A stretch of 64,000 nucleotides of DNA from Vulcanimicrobiota bacterium (GTDB lineage: Bacteria; Vulcanimicrobiota; Xenobia; Xenobiales; JADMJV01). Below the pieces are notes generated by a model that saw only the letters and a program-made list of their open reading frames with translations, searched no databases and was not told where the DNA came from. This document shows, piece after piece, positions 20,247-31,400 of this stretch. Both the position numbers and the translations under genes were made by a program. Position 1 is the first letter of the stretch. Each line of letters starts with the position of its first letter. The stretch lies in NCBI GenBank assembly GCA_050250895.1, contig JBFWNU010000001.1, positions 1,774,884 through 1,838,883 on the forward strand, read 5' to 3'.

Positions 20247-22397
20247 ATGACCGTCAAGGAAAAGCCTACCGCCACTGTTCTGGAGATCGACGAGCGGGGC
20301 GTGGCCCGGCTGGTGCTCGATACCCCCGGCAGCCGCTTCAATATCATCAGCCCTGATGTCTTCCGCGAACTCAACGACCGTTTCGAAGACCTGGCCAACG
20401 ACTCGCGGGTGCGGGCTCTGTTGATCGTCAGCGGCAAGAGTGACAATTTCGTGGCCGGCGCCGACATCAAGACGCTGGCCACCATTACCACCCCCGAAGA
20501 GGGAATGGACATGAGCCTGGCCGCTCAGGGTGTCTTCAATCGGCTCGAGCAACTACCGTTCCCCAAGCTGTGCGCGATTCACGGCGTGTGCCTGGGGGGC
20601 GGCCTGGAGATGGCCCTCGCCACCGACTACCGCCTGGTCTCGGATTCAGACTCGACCCAGCTGGCCTTGCCCGAAGTGCAGATCGGGCTCATTCCTGGAG
20701 CCGGCGGAACCCAGCGTCTGCCCCGTTTGATCGGGCTGCCCGACGCCCTCCAGATGATCCTGACCGGCAAGAAAGTCCGGGCCAGGCAGGCCTTGAAAAA
20801 GGGTCTGGCCGACGAACTCGTGCCGGCCGACATCCTCGAGGAGCGGGCCCTCGAGGCGGCCCTGGAGCTGGCCGACAAAAAGGGTATGGCTCACGACCTC
20901 ATCGAGGGCCGGCAGAAGGGCCTGGCCTCGCGGGTGGCCGAGTCTTTCGGCGTGCGCAACGCCATCTACGCTCAGGCCAAAGCCGACCTTAAAGCCAAGA
21001 CGGGCGGTCACTATCCTGCCCCCTTCAAGGCTCTCGAGTCGGCCAAGACGGCCGTCCGCAAAGACCTCAAGGAAGGTCTCGAGCTCGAAGCCAGGCTGTT
21101 TGGCGAGGCTGCCGCCACCCCCGAGTGCAAGTCGTTGATGAACATCTTCAACGGTACCACCTCGTTGAAGTCCGACAGTGGGCTGCCCGAGAAATCCAAG
21201 GCCGAGCCTCGCCCCGTCAAGCGCATCGCCGTGCTGGGTGGAGGGCTGATGGGTTCGGGTATCGCCACCGTGCTGGCCGATGTCGGTTACACCGTGCGGG
21301 TCAAGGATGTGAGCAAAGAGACTCTCTCAAAGACTCTCAAATACGCCTGGAAGGTCTTCGATAGGAAGGTGCAGCGTAAGCACATGCGGCCCTACGACCG
21401 CGACCTTCGGATGGCTCGCATCAGCCCGACCGTGGAATACACCGGCTTTGGTAAGTCCGACATCGTGATCGAGGCCGTGTTCGAAGACATCGGCCTCAAG
21501 CATCGGGTGCTGGCCGAGGTCGAGGCGGCCGGCAACGACGAGACGATCTTCGCTACCAACACCTCGTCGCTGCCCATCGGCGAGATCGCCAAAGGCGCCA
21601 AGCGGCCCCAAAACGTGATCGGAATGCACTTCTTCTCGCCGGTCGAGAAGATGCAATTAGTCGAGGTCATCGTGACCGATCAGACGGCCGACTGGGTGAC
21701 GGCCACCACCGTCAAACTGGCCAAGAAGATGAAAAAGCACGTCATCGTGGTCGGGGATGGAGCCGGCTTCTATACCTCGCGCGTGCTGGCCGCCTTCTGT
21801 GCCGAGGCGGTGCGGGTGCTCTACGACGGAGCGGGAGTGGCCGAGATCGACAAAGCCATCCACTCCATGGGCTTCCCGGTGGGTCCCATGATTTTGATGG
21901 ATGAGGTCGGCATCGACGTGGTGTCGAAGGTGATGAAGATCATGATGGAGGCCTTCCCTGGACGCTTCGACGCTCCCGACGGCTGGGAGAAGCTGGTCGA
22001 GGGCCGCCAGGGCAAGAAGAACGGCAAGGGCTTTTACACCTATCGCGGCAAGAACAAGGACGTCGACGTCTCGATCTATCAACACCTGCCCGGCGGCACT
22101 AAGCGCAAGAGCTTCTCGGCCGACGAGATGCAGCAGCGTTGCATGTTCGCCTTCCTGAACGAGTCGGCTCTGTGCCTGCAAGAGAAGATCCTGCGTTCGC
22201 CGCGCGATGGCGACATCGGAGCCATCTTCGGCCTGGGCTTTCCGCCGTTTTTGGGCGGTCCGTTCCACTACATGGACCATCTCGGCATCGGTGAGGTGGT
22301 AGCCACCCTCAAGCGCCTGCAAGACCAGCACGGCGACTTCTTCAAGCCGGCCGAGATCCTCGAGAAGATGGCCAAGAAGGGCGAAACGTTCTATTAA
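20247..22397 (+). CDS. fadJ: Fatty-acid oxidation complex alpha subunit (enoyl-CoA hydratase/3-hydroxyacyl-CoA dehydrogenase)
   Basis: FVAGADI, CLGGGLE, LPEVQIG, GGGLMG, NTSSLPI, MHFFSPV, GLGFPPFLGGPF. Confidence 0.92.
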   Translation: MTVKEKPTATVLEIDERGVARLVLDTPGSRFNIISPDVFRELNDRFEDLANDSRVRALLIVSGKSDNFVAGADIKTLATITTPEEGMDMSLAAQGVFNRLEQLPFPKLCAIHGVCLGGGLEMALATDYRLVSDSDSTQLALPEVQIGLIPGAGGTQRLPRLIGLPDALQMILTGKKVRARQALKKGLADELVPADILEERALEAALELADKKGMAHDLIEGRQKGLASRVAESFGVRNAIYAQAKADLKAKTGGHYPAPFKALESAKTAVRKDLKEGLELEARLFGEAAATPECKSLMNIFNGTTSLKSDSGLPEKSKAEPRPVKRIAVLGGGLMGSGIATVLADVGYTVRVKDVSKETLSKTLKYAWKVFDRKVQRKHMRPYDRDLRMARISPTVEYTGFGKSDIVIEAVFEDIGLKHRVLAEVEAAGNDETIFATNTSSLPIGEIAKGAKRPQNVIGMHFFSPVEKMQLVEVIVTDQTADWVTATTVKLAKKMKKHVIVVGDGAGFYTSRVLAAFCAEAVRVLYDGAGVAEIDKAIHSMGFPVGPMILMDEVGIDVVSKVMKIMMEAFPGRFDAPDGWEKLVEGRQGKKNGKGFYTYRGKNKDVDVSIYQHLPGGTKRKSFSADEMQQRCMFAFLNESALCLQEKILRSPRDGDIGAIFGLGFPPFLGGPFHYMDHLGIGEVVATLKRLQDQHGDFFKPAEILEKMAKKGETFY

Positions 22398-23755
22398 TGT
22401 ATCTCGAGCGCTTCTATGACGATAGCCTGGCCCAGGCCAGCTATCTGGTGGGGTGTCAGGCCACGGGCGAGGCTATCGTCATCGACCCGCCCCGCCACGT
22501 GGAGCCTCATCTTGAACGGGCCAAGGCCCAGGGGCTATCCATCGTCGCCGTAACCGAGACCCACATTCATGCCGACTTCGTGTCGGGGACCCGCGAATTG
22601 GCCTCGCGTTGCGGCGCTCGGATGATTCTCTCGGATGAAGGAGACGCCAACTGGAAATACCAGTTTGTCGGGCCCGACGACCGGCTGGTCAAGGATGGCG
22701 ATGTCATCCAGATTGGCAACCTCACCCTCGAGGTGATGCACACGCCGGGCCACACCCCCGAGCATATCATCTTCTTGCTCACCGATCATCCGGCCACCAG
22801 CCAACCGCTCGGAGCCTTCACCGGAGACTTCGTCTTTGTGGGCGATGTGGGCCGTCCCGACCTGCTCGAGAAGGCGGCCGGAGTGGCCAACACCATGGAG
22901 CAGGGCGCTCGCGACCTGTATGCCTCGCTGCAACGCTTTGCCAAGCAGCCCGACCATCTGCAAGTCTGGCCCGCCCATGGCGCCGGCTCGGCTTGCGGCA
23001 AGGCGCTGGGAGCGGTGCCTCAATCGGTCCTGGGCTACGAAAAGATCGCTAACTGGGCCTTCCGATGTAAGACCGAAGAGGAGTTCGTGGCCAGGATTCT
23101 CGACGGACAGCCCGAGCCTCCTCACTATTTCGCCGAGATGAAACGGGTGAACAAGGTTGGGCCGGTCCTGCTCCAGGAGCTGGCCGAACCCGCCAAGCTG
23201 TCCGGCCCGCAACTGGCCGAGAAGCTAGAAGAGGACGAACTGGTCATCGACCTGCGTGGAGCCGAGGCGTTCGCAGCCGGCCATCTCAAAGGAGCCATCT
23301 TCCTGCCGCCGGTGGGCCTGGCTCGTTGGGCGGGCTGGGTGTTGCCTTACGGCCCACCGCTCTTTCTGCTGACCGAGGCTGACCAGGATGTCGATTCTAT
23401 CGTGCGAGCCTTTCGGTCCATCGGTCTCGATCGCATCGCCGGCCTTAGCCAGGAGCTTTCTGGGCCCACCGTAGCCAGTCGCCGGGTCAAACCCGAGCAG
23501 TTGACATCGACCGAGGGATTGCTCGACATCCGGGGATTGTCCGAGTGGAACGCCGGCCACGCCGAGGGCGCCAAGCACCTTCACCTGGGCAAATTGACCG
23601 GCAGTCTCGAAGAGATTCCTGAAAGTCCCACCCTCTACTGCGGGTCGGGCTTACGCTCCTTGATCGGTTCGAGCCTGCTCGAGCGGGCCGGGAAGCAAAC
23701 CACCGATGTCATCGGAGGCTTCGCGGCCATGCGAAGCCTGGTCGCCACGGCCTAG
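22397..23755 (+). CDS. MBL-fold persulfide dioxygenase-rhodanese fusion (CstB/Blh-like)
   Basis: THIHADF, HTPGHTPEH, GDVGRPDL, PAHGAGSACG, two rhodanese-like domains (YCGSGLRS). Confidence 0.85.
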   Translation: MYLERFYDDSLAQASYLVGCQATGEAIVIDPPRHVEPHLERAKAQGLSIVAVTETHIHADFVSGTRELASRCGARMILSDEGDANWKYQFVGPDDRLVKDGDVIQIGNLTLEVMHTPGHTPEHIIFLLTDHPATSQPLGAFTGDFVFVGDVGRPDLLEKAAGVANTMEQGARDLYASLQRFAKQPDHLQVWPAHGAGSACGKALGAVPQSVLGYEKIANWAFRCKTEEEFVARILDGQPEPPHYFAEMKRVNKVGPVLLQELAEPAKLSGPQLAEKLEEDELVIDLRGAEAFAAGHLKGAIFLPPVGLARWAGWVLPYGPPLFLLTEADQDVDSIVRAFRSIGLDRIAGLSQELSGPTVASRRVKPEQLTSTEGLLDIRGLSEWNAGHAEGAKHLHLGKLTGSLEEIPESPTLYCGSGLRSLIGSSLLERAGKQTTDVIGGFAAMRSLVATA

Positions 23756-23825
23756 TCCCACCGTCTGGATAGGAAGGTTTGTTCCCAAAGCGGGTTGAAT
23801 CCCTGCGCCCTGGAGGACGCGAACT

Positions 23826-25475
23826 TTGGAAAGAACTAGTCACCTCAGGGTCACCTATCTCGACGGTGCCAACGACGAAAGACCTGCCGTGACCGTTCCC
23901 GAGCCCGAGCCGCCGCCGTCCTGGGCCGATCTCGAGATACCGGCTCCGGGCAGCCCCGAAGAGGACGAGCTTTTTAGTAAGCTATACCAGCAGCTTCCCT
24001 CTCTGTGGAAGGCGCTGATGACCGATGGGCACGTCGAGCAGACGGTGGTGGTGGTTCCCTCGCTGTCGCTCGACACCGAAGAGTTGCGCAAACTCAAAGG
24101 CGCCAAGCATTATGAAGAGCGCTTGCTCTTTCTGCTGATCTTGCTGAGCCTGCCCAAGACGAGGGTCATTTTCGTCACTTCCGAGCCGATCCACCCTCAC
24201 ATCGTCGACTACTACCTGCAGTTGCTGCCGGGGATCCCCTTCTCGCACGCCCGCCAGCGCTTGACGATGTTTGCCACCTATGACTCTTCCTCGAAGTCTT
24301 TGACCCAGAAGATTCTCGAGCGACCCACCTTGATTCGCCGCATTCGCAAGGCCGTGGGTGGGGCCAAGAATACTCACCTGACCGTGTTCAACGTCACTCC
24401 CCTCGAAAAGAGCCTGTCGGTCGCCCTGGGCATCCCCTTGCTCGGCCCCGATCCGGCTCACCTTCACTACGGCTCCAAGAGCGGCTGCCGCAAGCTCTTC
24501 AAAGACGCCGAGGTTCCTCTGCCCGACGGCATGGAAGACCTCAAGAACGAAGAAGAGATCTTTGCCTCGATCCTCGAGTTGCGCCGTCGCCACGAAGGGC
24601 TCAAGCGAGTGGTCATCAAGATCAACGAAGGGTTTTCGGGGGAGGGCAACGCCATCTTCCACATGTCCCACATCGAAGGCGCCAAGAATGACGACGAGGC
24701 TCTTGAACTCCTGCGCGAGATGGTGCCCAAACACGCCCGCTATCAAGCTCCCGGGATGGACTGGGCGGGCTTTCTCAAGAAATTTCGCGAGATGCAGGGC
24801 ATTGTCGAGGTCTTCATCGAGGGTGACGAAAAGGCTTCGCCCTCGGTGCAAATGCGCATCACTCCACTGGGTGAGGCCCAAATCATTTCGACCCACGACC
24901 AGGTCCTGGGTGGGCCCGACGGTCAGGTCTTCGTGGGCTGCAGCTTTCCGGCCCTGCCCAGTTATCGGCCTCAGTTGCACGAAGCCGGCCACATCATCGG
25001 CGACAGACTGGCCAGGGCCGGTGTGATCGGGCGTCTCTCCATCGACTTCCTGGCCGTGCCCAACGGCAAGGACTGGGACATGTACGCCGTCGAGATCAAC
25101 CTGCGCAAAGGCGGTACGACCCATCCTTTCCGGACTTTGCAGTTCTTGACCGGCGGCCGCTACAACCCCGAGACCGGCCTGTTCCACTCGGGCTCGGCCA
25201 CCCCCAAGTATTACTTCGCCTCCGACAATCTCGAGTCGGAGAAATACAAGGGCTTGTTGCCCGAGGATTTGATCGACATCGTCACCTACACCGGCCTGCA
25301 CTACACCACCTCCACCAACACCGGCGTGGTCTTCCACATGATCGGGGCCCTGTCCGAGTTTGGCAAGATCGGCGTCACCTGTGTGGGCGATTCCCCCGAA
25401 GAGGCCGAGAAGCTCTACCAGAAGACGCTCGAGACCCTCGACTGGGCGGCCGGCACCACCGAGTGGATTGTCTGA
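23826..25475 (+). CDS. ATP-grasp peptide ligase PGM1-related protein
   Basis: VVVPSLS, HYEERLLFLL, GSKSG, NEGFSGEGNA, STHDQ, EINLRKGGTTHP, TGVVFHM. Confidence 0.82.
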   Translation: MERTSHLRVTYLDGANDERPAVTVPEPEPPPSWADLEIPAPGSPEEDELFSKLYQQLPSLWKALMTDGHVEQTVVVVPSLSLDTEELRKLKGAKHYEERLLFLLILLSLPKTRVIFVTSEPIHPHIVDYYLQLLPGIPFSHARQRLTMFATYDSSSKSLTQKILERPTLIRRIRKAVGGAKNTHLTVFNVTPLEKSLSVALGIPLLGPDPAHLHYGSKSGCRKLFKDAEVPLPDGMEDLKNEEEIFASILELRRRHEGLKRVVIKINEGFSGEGNAIFHMSHIEGAKNDDEALELLREMVPKHARYQAPGMDWAGFLKKFREMQGIVEVFIEGDEKASPSVQMRITPLGEAQIISTHDQVLGGPDGQVFVGCSFPALPSYRPQLHEAGHIIGDRLARAGVIGRLSIDFLAVPNGKDWDMYAVEINLRKGGTTHPFRTLQFLTGGRYNPETGLFHSGSATPKYYFASDNLESEKYKGLLPEDLIDIVTYTGLHYTTSTNTGVVFHMIGALSEFGKIGVTCVGDSPEEAEKLYQKTLETLDWAAGTTEWIV

Positions 25476-26535
25476 GCTTCCGCTAGAAGGCGTTCGCGTT
25501 CTCGATCTCTCGCGGCTGCTGCCGGGCCCTTTCGCGACCCTGCAGCTGGCCGACCTGGGAGCCGAGGTGATCAAGGTCGAGAGCCCCACCCGGCCCGATT
25601 ATTTGCGTTTTCTCGAGCCCTATGTCGAGGACCAGAACGTGGCCTTTCGCCTGGTCAATCGCGGGAAGAAGAGCGTGATCATCAACTTCGAGACCGAGGC
25701 CGGGGCGGCTCTGGTGCGTCGCCTGGCGGCTACCTGCCAGGTGGTGATCGAGTCTTTTCGCGCCGGCTTTCTGGGCCGCTTCGGTCTCGATTATGCAGGC
25801 TTGGCCGACCCTGGTCTGATCTATTGTTCGCTCACCGCCTACGGTCAGTTTTCGGCCCGGGCCGCTCATGACCTGAACTCCTTGGCCGTGACGGGGCTGG
25901 CTGACCTGTTGGCGGGGCCGGAGGGTCCGGTGGTTCCTAAGGTTCAGTTGGCTGACATCACCGGGGGGTTGACTGCCGCTAACGCCATACTGGCGGCCCT
26001 GGTGGCCCGCGCTCGCACCGGCAAAGGGCGTTATCTCGATGTGAGCATGGCCGATGCGGCCTACCACCTCACGCTGCTTTCGTCCGAGTCGGCCCGTCAC
26101 GGGGTCGATTCGTTCCACGGCGGGGCCCTCGACGGGCGGGCCCGGTTCTATCGCTACTATTGCTGTGCCGACGGCAAGTGGCTGGCGGTGGGGGCCATGG
26201 AAGACAAGTTCCGGCAGTTGCTGGTCGAGGCCCTGGGCAGCGACGACCCGGGTCCGGTCCTGGCCAGTCGCGAGCGGGCCCACTGGGTCGAGGTACTCGG
26301 TCCCCTGGATGCTTGTGTAGAACCGGTGCTCTCGGCCGAAGAGGTGCTCGAGTCGCAATGGTTTCGTCAGCGTTTTTCGGCCGACCATCTGCCCGGCCTG
26401 CTCGAGGCTAGCTACCCCGGCCGCGGGGGGGCGGCCTGCCCGCCGGGAGTCCATACCGCGGAGCAGCTTTTGGCTCTGGGAGTGAGCCAGGCCGAGTTCG
26501 AGAGACTGGTCGCCGAGGGCGTGGTGGCCGGGTGA
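25468..26535 (+). CDS. Family III CoA-transferase (CaiB/BaiF, alpha-methylacyl-CoA racemase-like)
   Basis: PLEGVRVLDLSRLLPGP...LADLGAEVIKVE, NRGKKS, AHDLN, LAD. Confidence 0.88.
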   Translation: MSELPLEGVRVLDLSRLLPGPFATLQLADLGAEVIKVESPTRPDYLRFLEPYVEDQNVAFRLVNRGKKSVIINFETEAGAALVRRLAATCQVVIESFRAGFLGRFGLDYAGLADPGLIYCSLTAYGQFSARAAHDLNSLAVTGLADLLAGPEGPVVPKVQLADITGGLTAANAILAALVARARTGKGRYLDVSMADAAYHLTLLSSESARHGVDSFHGGALDGRARFYRYYCCADGKWLAVGAMEDKFRQLLVEALGSDDPGPVLASRERAHWVEVLGPLDACVEPVLSAEEVLESQWFRQRFSADHLPGLLEASYPGRGGAACPPGVHTAEQLLALGVSQAEFERLVAEGVVAG

Positions 26536-26627
26536 AGTTTACATCTGCCCATCGAGATCGTCGCCTCGGCGTCGTCTCGAGGGTTAATCTAAGGGCACAA
26601 ATCGCGAATCGAAAGGATCCCCCCAAA

Positions 26628-26933
26628 ATGTCGAAACTGTATCCCCTGTTTTTGAGCCTGTTGTTGCTGGGCGCCGCCCAGGCCGATGTTGTCTATGAAG
26701 TCGGCAGTAAAGCCGAGGCCGATCTCAAAGTTTATGTCACCGATAACCCCGCTGAGGCCGACCTGAAGGTGTTCAAAGTATCCACCCAGGACCAGGCCAA
26801 CAAGCCTGGCCTATGGTACTTCACCGAATACAAGGGCCAGGCCGACCGCAAGATCTACTTTGTGCAATACAAGCAAGAGGCCGACCTCAAGATTCGTTGG
26901 GTCGACAACAAAGGCATGGCCGGCAAGCGCTAG
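26628..26933 (+). CDS. Small exported ADLKV-repeat protein (DUF6150-like)
   Basis: Signal peptide ending AQA; four ADLK/ADRK-V/I repeats and GLWYF. Confidence 0.75.
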   Translation: MSKLYPLFLSLLLLGAAQADVVYEVGSKAEADLKVYVTDNPAEADLKVFKVSTQDQANKPGLWYFTEYKGQADRKIYFVQYKQEADLKIRWVDNKGMAGKR

Positions 26934-26987
26934 TTCTCGGGCGGGACCTGGGCCCGGGCCTGGGCGATGCCGTGAGAACGATCTCGA

Positions 26988-27560
26988 TCACAGGATGCCC
27001 TCCAGTTCGAGCATGAAGCCGGGTAGCACCGGGTCGCCTGATAGTTGAGCCGGTTCGCTCACGACCTCGGCTTCATGTCCGGGGCGAAAGACTTCGACAG
27101 TCTTTCGGCTCGGGTCGAGCAACCAGCCCAGGCGGGCGCCGTTGTCGAGGTATTCCTGCATCTTCGCTCGAGTGGCCGCCAGTGAGTCGCTGGGTGACAT
27201 CAATTCGACCACGAAGTCAGGGCAAAGCGGGGGGAACTTCTGTCGTTGTTCCGGGGTCAGCGCTTCCCAGCGGGAACGCTCGACCCAGGAGGCGTCCGGT
27301 CCGCGTTCAGCCCCGTTGGGCAACAGAAAGCCGGCCGATGAGTCAAAAGCCACCCCGGTTCCGTCGGCTCTGGCCCACAGGACCAGGCGACAGGTCAATA
27401 AAGCGTTGCGTTCGCTGGTTTCTCCGCCGGTTGGGGTCATGATCTCCAGGGCTCCACTGGCGGTTCTTTCGATCTTCAACCAGGCGTGCCTCTGGCAGAA
27501 CTCAAAGAATTCGTCCTCGGTCCAGGCTACGAACGGTTGCAGGTCGAGAGTGATCGTCAC
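26988..27560 (-). CDS. Uma2 (DUF820) restriction-endonuclease-like protein
   Basis: FDSSAGF.LPNGA, PDASWV, CPDFVVELMSPSD, KMQEYLDNGARLGWL. Confidence 0.92.
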   Translation of the reverse strand: MTITLDLQPFVAWTEDEFFEFCQRHAWLKIERTASGALEIMTPTGGETSERNALLTCRLVLWARADGTGVAFDSSAGFLLPNGAERGPDASWVERSRWEALTPEQRQKFPPLCPDFVVELMSPSDSLAATRAKMQEYLDNGARLGWLLDPSRKTVEVFRPGHEAEVVSEPAQLSGDPVLPGFMLELEGIL

Positions 27561-27602
27561 TCTAACTAAATTGGCATTACTGGCGGAGCAGTCCTTTAGG
27601 GC

Positions 27603-28062
27603 CTAGGTAAAGAAGTCGAAAGCCACCCGGTTAGCCTCGGTGTCGTAGACGGCCGTGCACTCTGGGGCCGCGCCGAGGTTGATCACGTAACGGTCGGCCG
27701 GCAGGTCGAAGACCGGTCGGTTGCGGGCTTTGAAGAAGCCTAGCTTCTGACCGTTCAGGTCGTGGACCGCTACGCTCGAAGTCGCTATGGACGGCCAGAA
27801 AGTCGGCCTCTTCCAGGGTGACGGGCAGCCGCGCCAGATACTGGCGGGCCAGCTCGGGCAGGCCCATCAGTTCGAAATCCCAGCGGTCGTGGTTGCCGCA
27901 GACCGCGAGATGGGGGCGCAAGAGTTCGATGCATTCAGGCACTCTCGGCCCGCCCGCGACATCGCCCAGAAAGACGATCCGGTCGACCCCGTCAAGGCTC
28001 GCCAGGGCTCGGCGCAGCGCCTCGAGGTCGCCGTGAACGTCGGTGAGAAAGCCGTAGATCAT
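27603..28062 (-). pseudogene. Calcineurin-like metallophosphoesterase, frameshifted with an apparent internal deletion
   Basis: DVHG, LGD, GNHD and AVHS in the first frame; the C-terminal part (...RYVINLGA...AVYDTE...FDFFT*) is in another frame; span of 460 nt; GHTH motif absent. Confidence 0.7.
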
Positions 28063-28415
28063 CCTCGATCGCGCTGGAAACGCTCGATGAGCCGGTCCAC
28101 GAAAGTCAGGATGTCGGCCAGCGCTTCGTCTTCCACCGCCTGTGAGCCGGTGAGGTCGGTCTGGAGGTGACTCGCGGCCACGGTGACACGCAGGCCTCGG
28201 GTGGCCACAGTCCGGCCCTGCAGGGCCACTCCGTCGCAGATTAGCCAGAGGACCGAATCTTGGCTAGGCGCCATTTGGAGGGTGGCCGCGCAAGCGAGCA
28301 TCTTGCGCTGGCCGCACCAGAGATGGGCCAATTCTTCCTCGGGTCGTGGGGACAACTGTTGCTCCAGTCCTGGCTTGGAGAGCAGGTCGCGCAGACTGCG
28401 GCCGGTACGATGCAC
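28059..28415 (-). CDS. Hypothetical protein (start uncertain)
   Basis: 118-aa ORF with ATGA coupling to the downstream gene; in frame with the upstream kinase after its TGA. Confidence 0.45.
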   Translation of the reverse strand: MHRTGRSLRDLLSKPGLEQQLSPRPEEELAHLWCGQRKMLACAATLQMAPSQDSVLWLICDGVALQGRTVATRGLRVTVAASHLQTDLTGSQAVEDEALADILTFVDRLIERFQRDRG

Positions 28416-28469
28416 CGTCCGCCAGCCCTCGGGCTCGTCGAGTTCCCCTCTGACTCGGCTCCTCAGCGG

Positions 28470-31400
28470 TCAACCGCCTGCGAGCAGGGCATCGAGGGCC
28501 TGATCGAGGCGTTCGAGTTCCTGCTTGAGGCGTTCGCCCTCAGCCGGCTCCAGTTGGCCCGCCCGAGCTTGTTCCGCCAGGCGGTCCAGACACTGCTCGA
28601 CCGTGCTGGCGCTAAAGGTCGCCAGACTGCCGCGCAGGGTGCTGACGCCTCTGGCCACGGCGTCGGGACGCCCCTCGGCTAGACCGGACTCGATGGCAGC
28701 CAACTGCGGATCCCGACTGCCTCGATAGATGCCGACCAGCAGCTTGAGATTGTCGAGGTTGCCCCCGACTCGCGCCATCAAAGTCTCTCGATCGACGACC
28801 TCGTCGATGACGACCTCGCCGCTGGGCAGCTCGAACCAGAAAGTGCTGCCTCTCCCTTCCTGGCTGTCGACTCCGATGCGGCCCTCGTGCTTTTCCAGGA
28901 CCAGCTTGCAGAAGGTGAGCCCCAGGCCCGATGAGTAGGCCCGACGCTTCTTGCCGGTCTCGACCTGGGCGAACTTCTCGAAGATGGTCTCGCGCATGTC
29001 GGCCGGCACACCCGGTCCACAATCGATCACTTCCACCCGCGCCCGGCCTGGCAGCCGAGCCAATCGGACCCGCACCGCCTGATCGGCCGGGGTGTATTTG
29101 AGGGCGTTGGAGATCAGATTGGCCATCACCCGCCGAATGAGGTTTCCGTCGCAGGCCACCACTACGGGCTGGGGCGCCTCCAGCCGCACTTCCCAGCCGG
29201 GAAGACCGCCGATGATCCGCGCTTCGTTGCGGGCTAGCTCGACCAGATCGCATTCTTCCATTTCCAGGGGCAGCTCGTCTGACTCGAGACGACTGGTGTC
29301 GAGGATAGCGCTGACCATCTCCACCAGTAGATTGGATAGGGCGGCGATCTGCTCGATGAAATTGAGTTGGGTCTGGTTGAGTCCTTCGCGATGGGTCTCT
29401 CGCAACAGTCGGGCAAATCCCATAATGCCGGTCAGGGGAGTGCGCATGTCGTGGACCAGCATATGGGCCAGACTGTCGCGCAGCTCCTCGAGCCGTTGCA
29501 ACTGCTCGAAGCTCTGCTGCAGCTGGTCGTAGAGTTTCTTGGAGCGGGCCGCGTTGCGCACCCGCAAAGCCACCTCGCGAGGGTCGATAGGCTTGGTGAT
29601 AAAGTCGTCGGCCCCAGCCTCGATGCCCACCAGGCGATCACTTTGCTCGTCGAGGGCCGTTACCAGCAGCACCGGAATCTGACGAGTGGCAGGCTGCCCT
29701 TTGAGCACGCGGCAGGTAGCAAAGCCGTCCATCCTCGGCATTAGCACGTCCATGAGAATCACGTCGATGGGGTGGCGACCCACCATATCGAGAGCCTCTT
29801 CGCCGTGACTGGCCTCCAACAGGATGTGTCCGTCGGGGCGCAAGGCCGAGCAGGCAATCAGGCGGTTGCCAGGATCGTCATCTACCACCAGCACGGTGGC
29901 CGGTTCGGCTTCCAGAACGGCCAGCGGCAGGTCGCTGGTGGGCCGTCCACTGGCCTGACCGAGGGCTTGCTCGACCAGGCGGCACTGCTCGCTCAGGCTC
30001 TCGAGCACCGGCTCGAGTCCGGTCAGGGTCGCGGCCTTGCCGGCCTGTTCGAGGCGAGAAGCGACTTCGGCCGCTTCTTTGGCTCCGAAGTTGAGGAAGT
30101 TGCCTTTGAGAGAGTGAGCCGTGCTGCGCACGATGTCGGCCTTTCCCTCCGAAAGAGCCTGGCGCAGTTCGGCCAACTGGCCGGGGTAACGCTCGGCAAA
30201 CATGTCGGCCAGGATGCGCAGGTTCTCTTGCGAGCCTACCCTTTCGATCAGGGCCTCGACCGACAGCATTTGGCCGGTCTGTCGCCGGGGGGCGGCTTTG
30301 GGTTCGGGAGCCAGGAGTTCGTCGGGCAGCAGTTCGCGCAGGGCGCGCAGCAGGCTGGCCTCGTCGATGGGCTTGGTGAGATAATCGTCCATTCCGGCGG
30401 CCAGGCAGCGTTCGCGATCCCCTTTCATGGCATGGGCCGTCAGGGCGATGATCGGGGTCTTGGGCCGGTGCTTTTCGGTCTCCCAGGCTCGGATGACGGT
30501 GGAGGCCTCGATGCCGTCCATGTGGGGCATCTGCACGTCCATCAAGATGACATCGTAGTTGCGGGATTCGGCCATGGAGACGGCCTCGCGTCCGTGGGAG
30601 GCCACCGAAACTCGGTGACCCTGACGCTCGAGCAACATGGTGGCCAGCCGCTGGTTGATTTCGTTGTCTTCGGCTAACAGGATGTCGAGCGAACGAAGCC
30701 TGGCCTGGGCTGCCTCCTCGCTGCGTGCCGGAGCCGGCTTTTGCTGCTGCATCTGCAGGCCGATGGCCTTGAGAATGACGTTGAACAGTTCAGACTGGTT
30801 GATGGGCTTGGTGAGGTGAGCGGTGATTCCCAGGCTGCGACACCGCTCGGCGTCACCCTTAAGGCTCGATGAAGTCAACATCATGACCACGGCCCGCGAG
30901 GCGGCCGTCATCTTGTTGTATTCTTCGACGGTCTCGAACCCGTCCATCTCGGGCATGTGGGCGTCGCTGAGCACCAGTTGAAAAGGCTCGCCCAATTCGT
31001 TGGTTCGGGCCACCGCGTCCAGCGCCTGGCGGCCTCCCTCGGCCAGGGTAACGATCATTCCCCAATGGGTCAACATCTCTTGGAGCAGCCGCCGGTTGGT
31101 GGCATTGTCGTCGATCACCAACACCCGCAAGCCTCGCAAATCGGCTTGTAAAGGATGGAGTTCGTCGAGCTCATCGTGCAATCCGAAAACTCCCGTGAAG
31201 CGGAAGACGCTGCCCTCACCCGGATGGCTCTCGACCCAAATCTGGCCGCCCATCATTCCGACCAGTCGGGTGCAGATGGTCAAACCCAGCCCGGTGCCTC
31301 CGTAAAGTCGGGTCATGGAGCTGTCGGCCTGGGAGAAGGCCTGGAAAATGGACTCTTGTTTGTCGGGCGGAATGCCGATGCCGGTGTCCGAAACCGAGAA

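Noticed and set aside
26988-27560. Uma2 nuclease as a defence system
   Set aside because: It is a common stand-alone multicopy family with no partner defence genes here.
28059-28472. Selenocysteine or readthrough at the kinase TGA, since the next ORF is in frame
   Set aside because: The kinase ends naturally after its last domain, there is no recognisable SECIS or redox context, and being in frame has a 1-in-3 chance.
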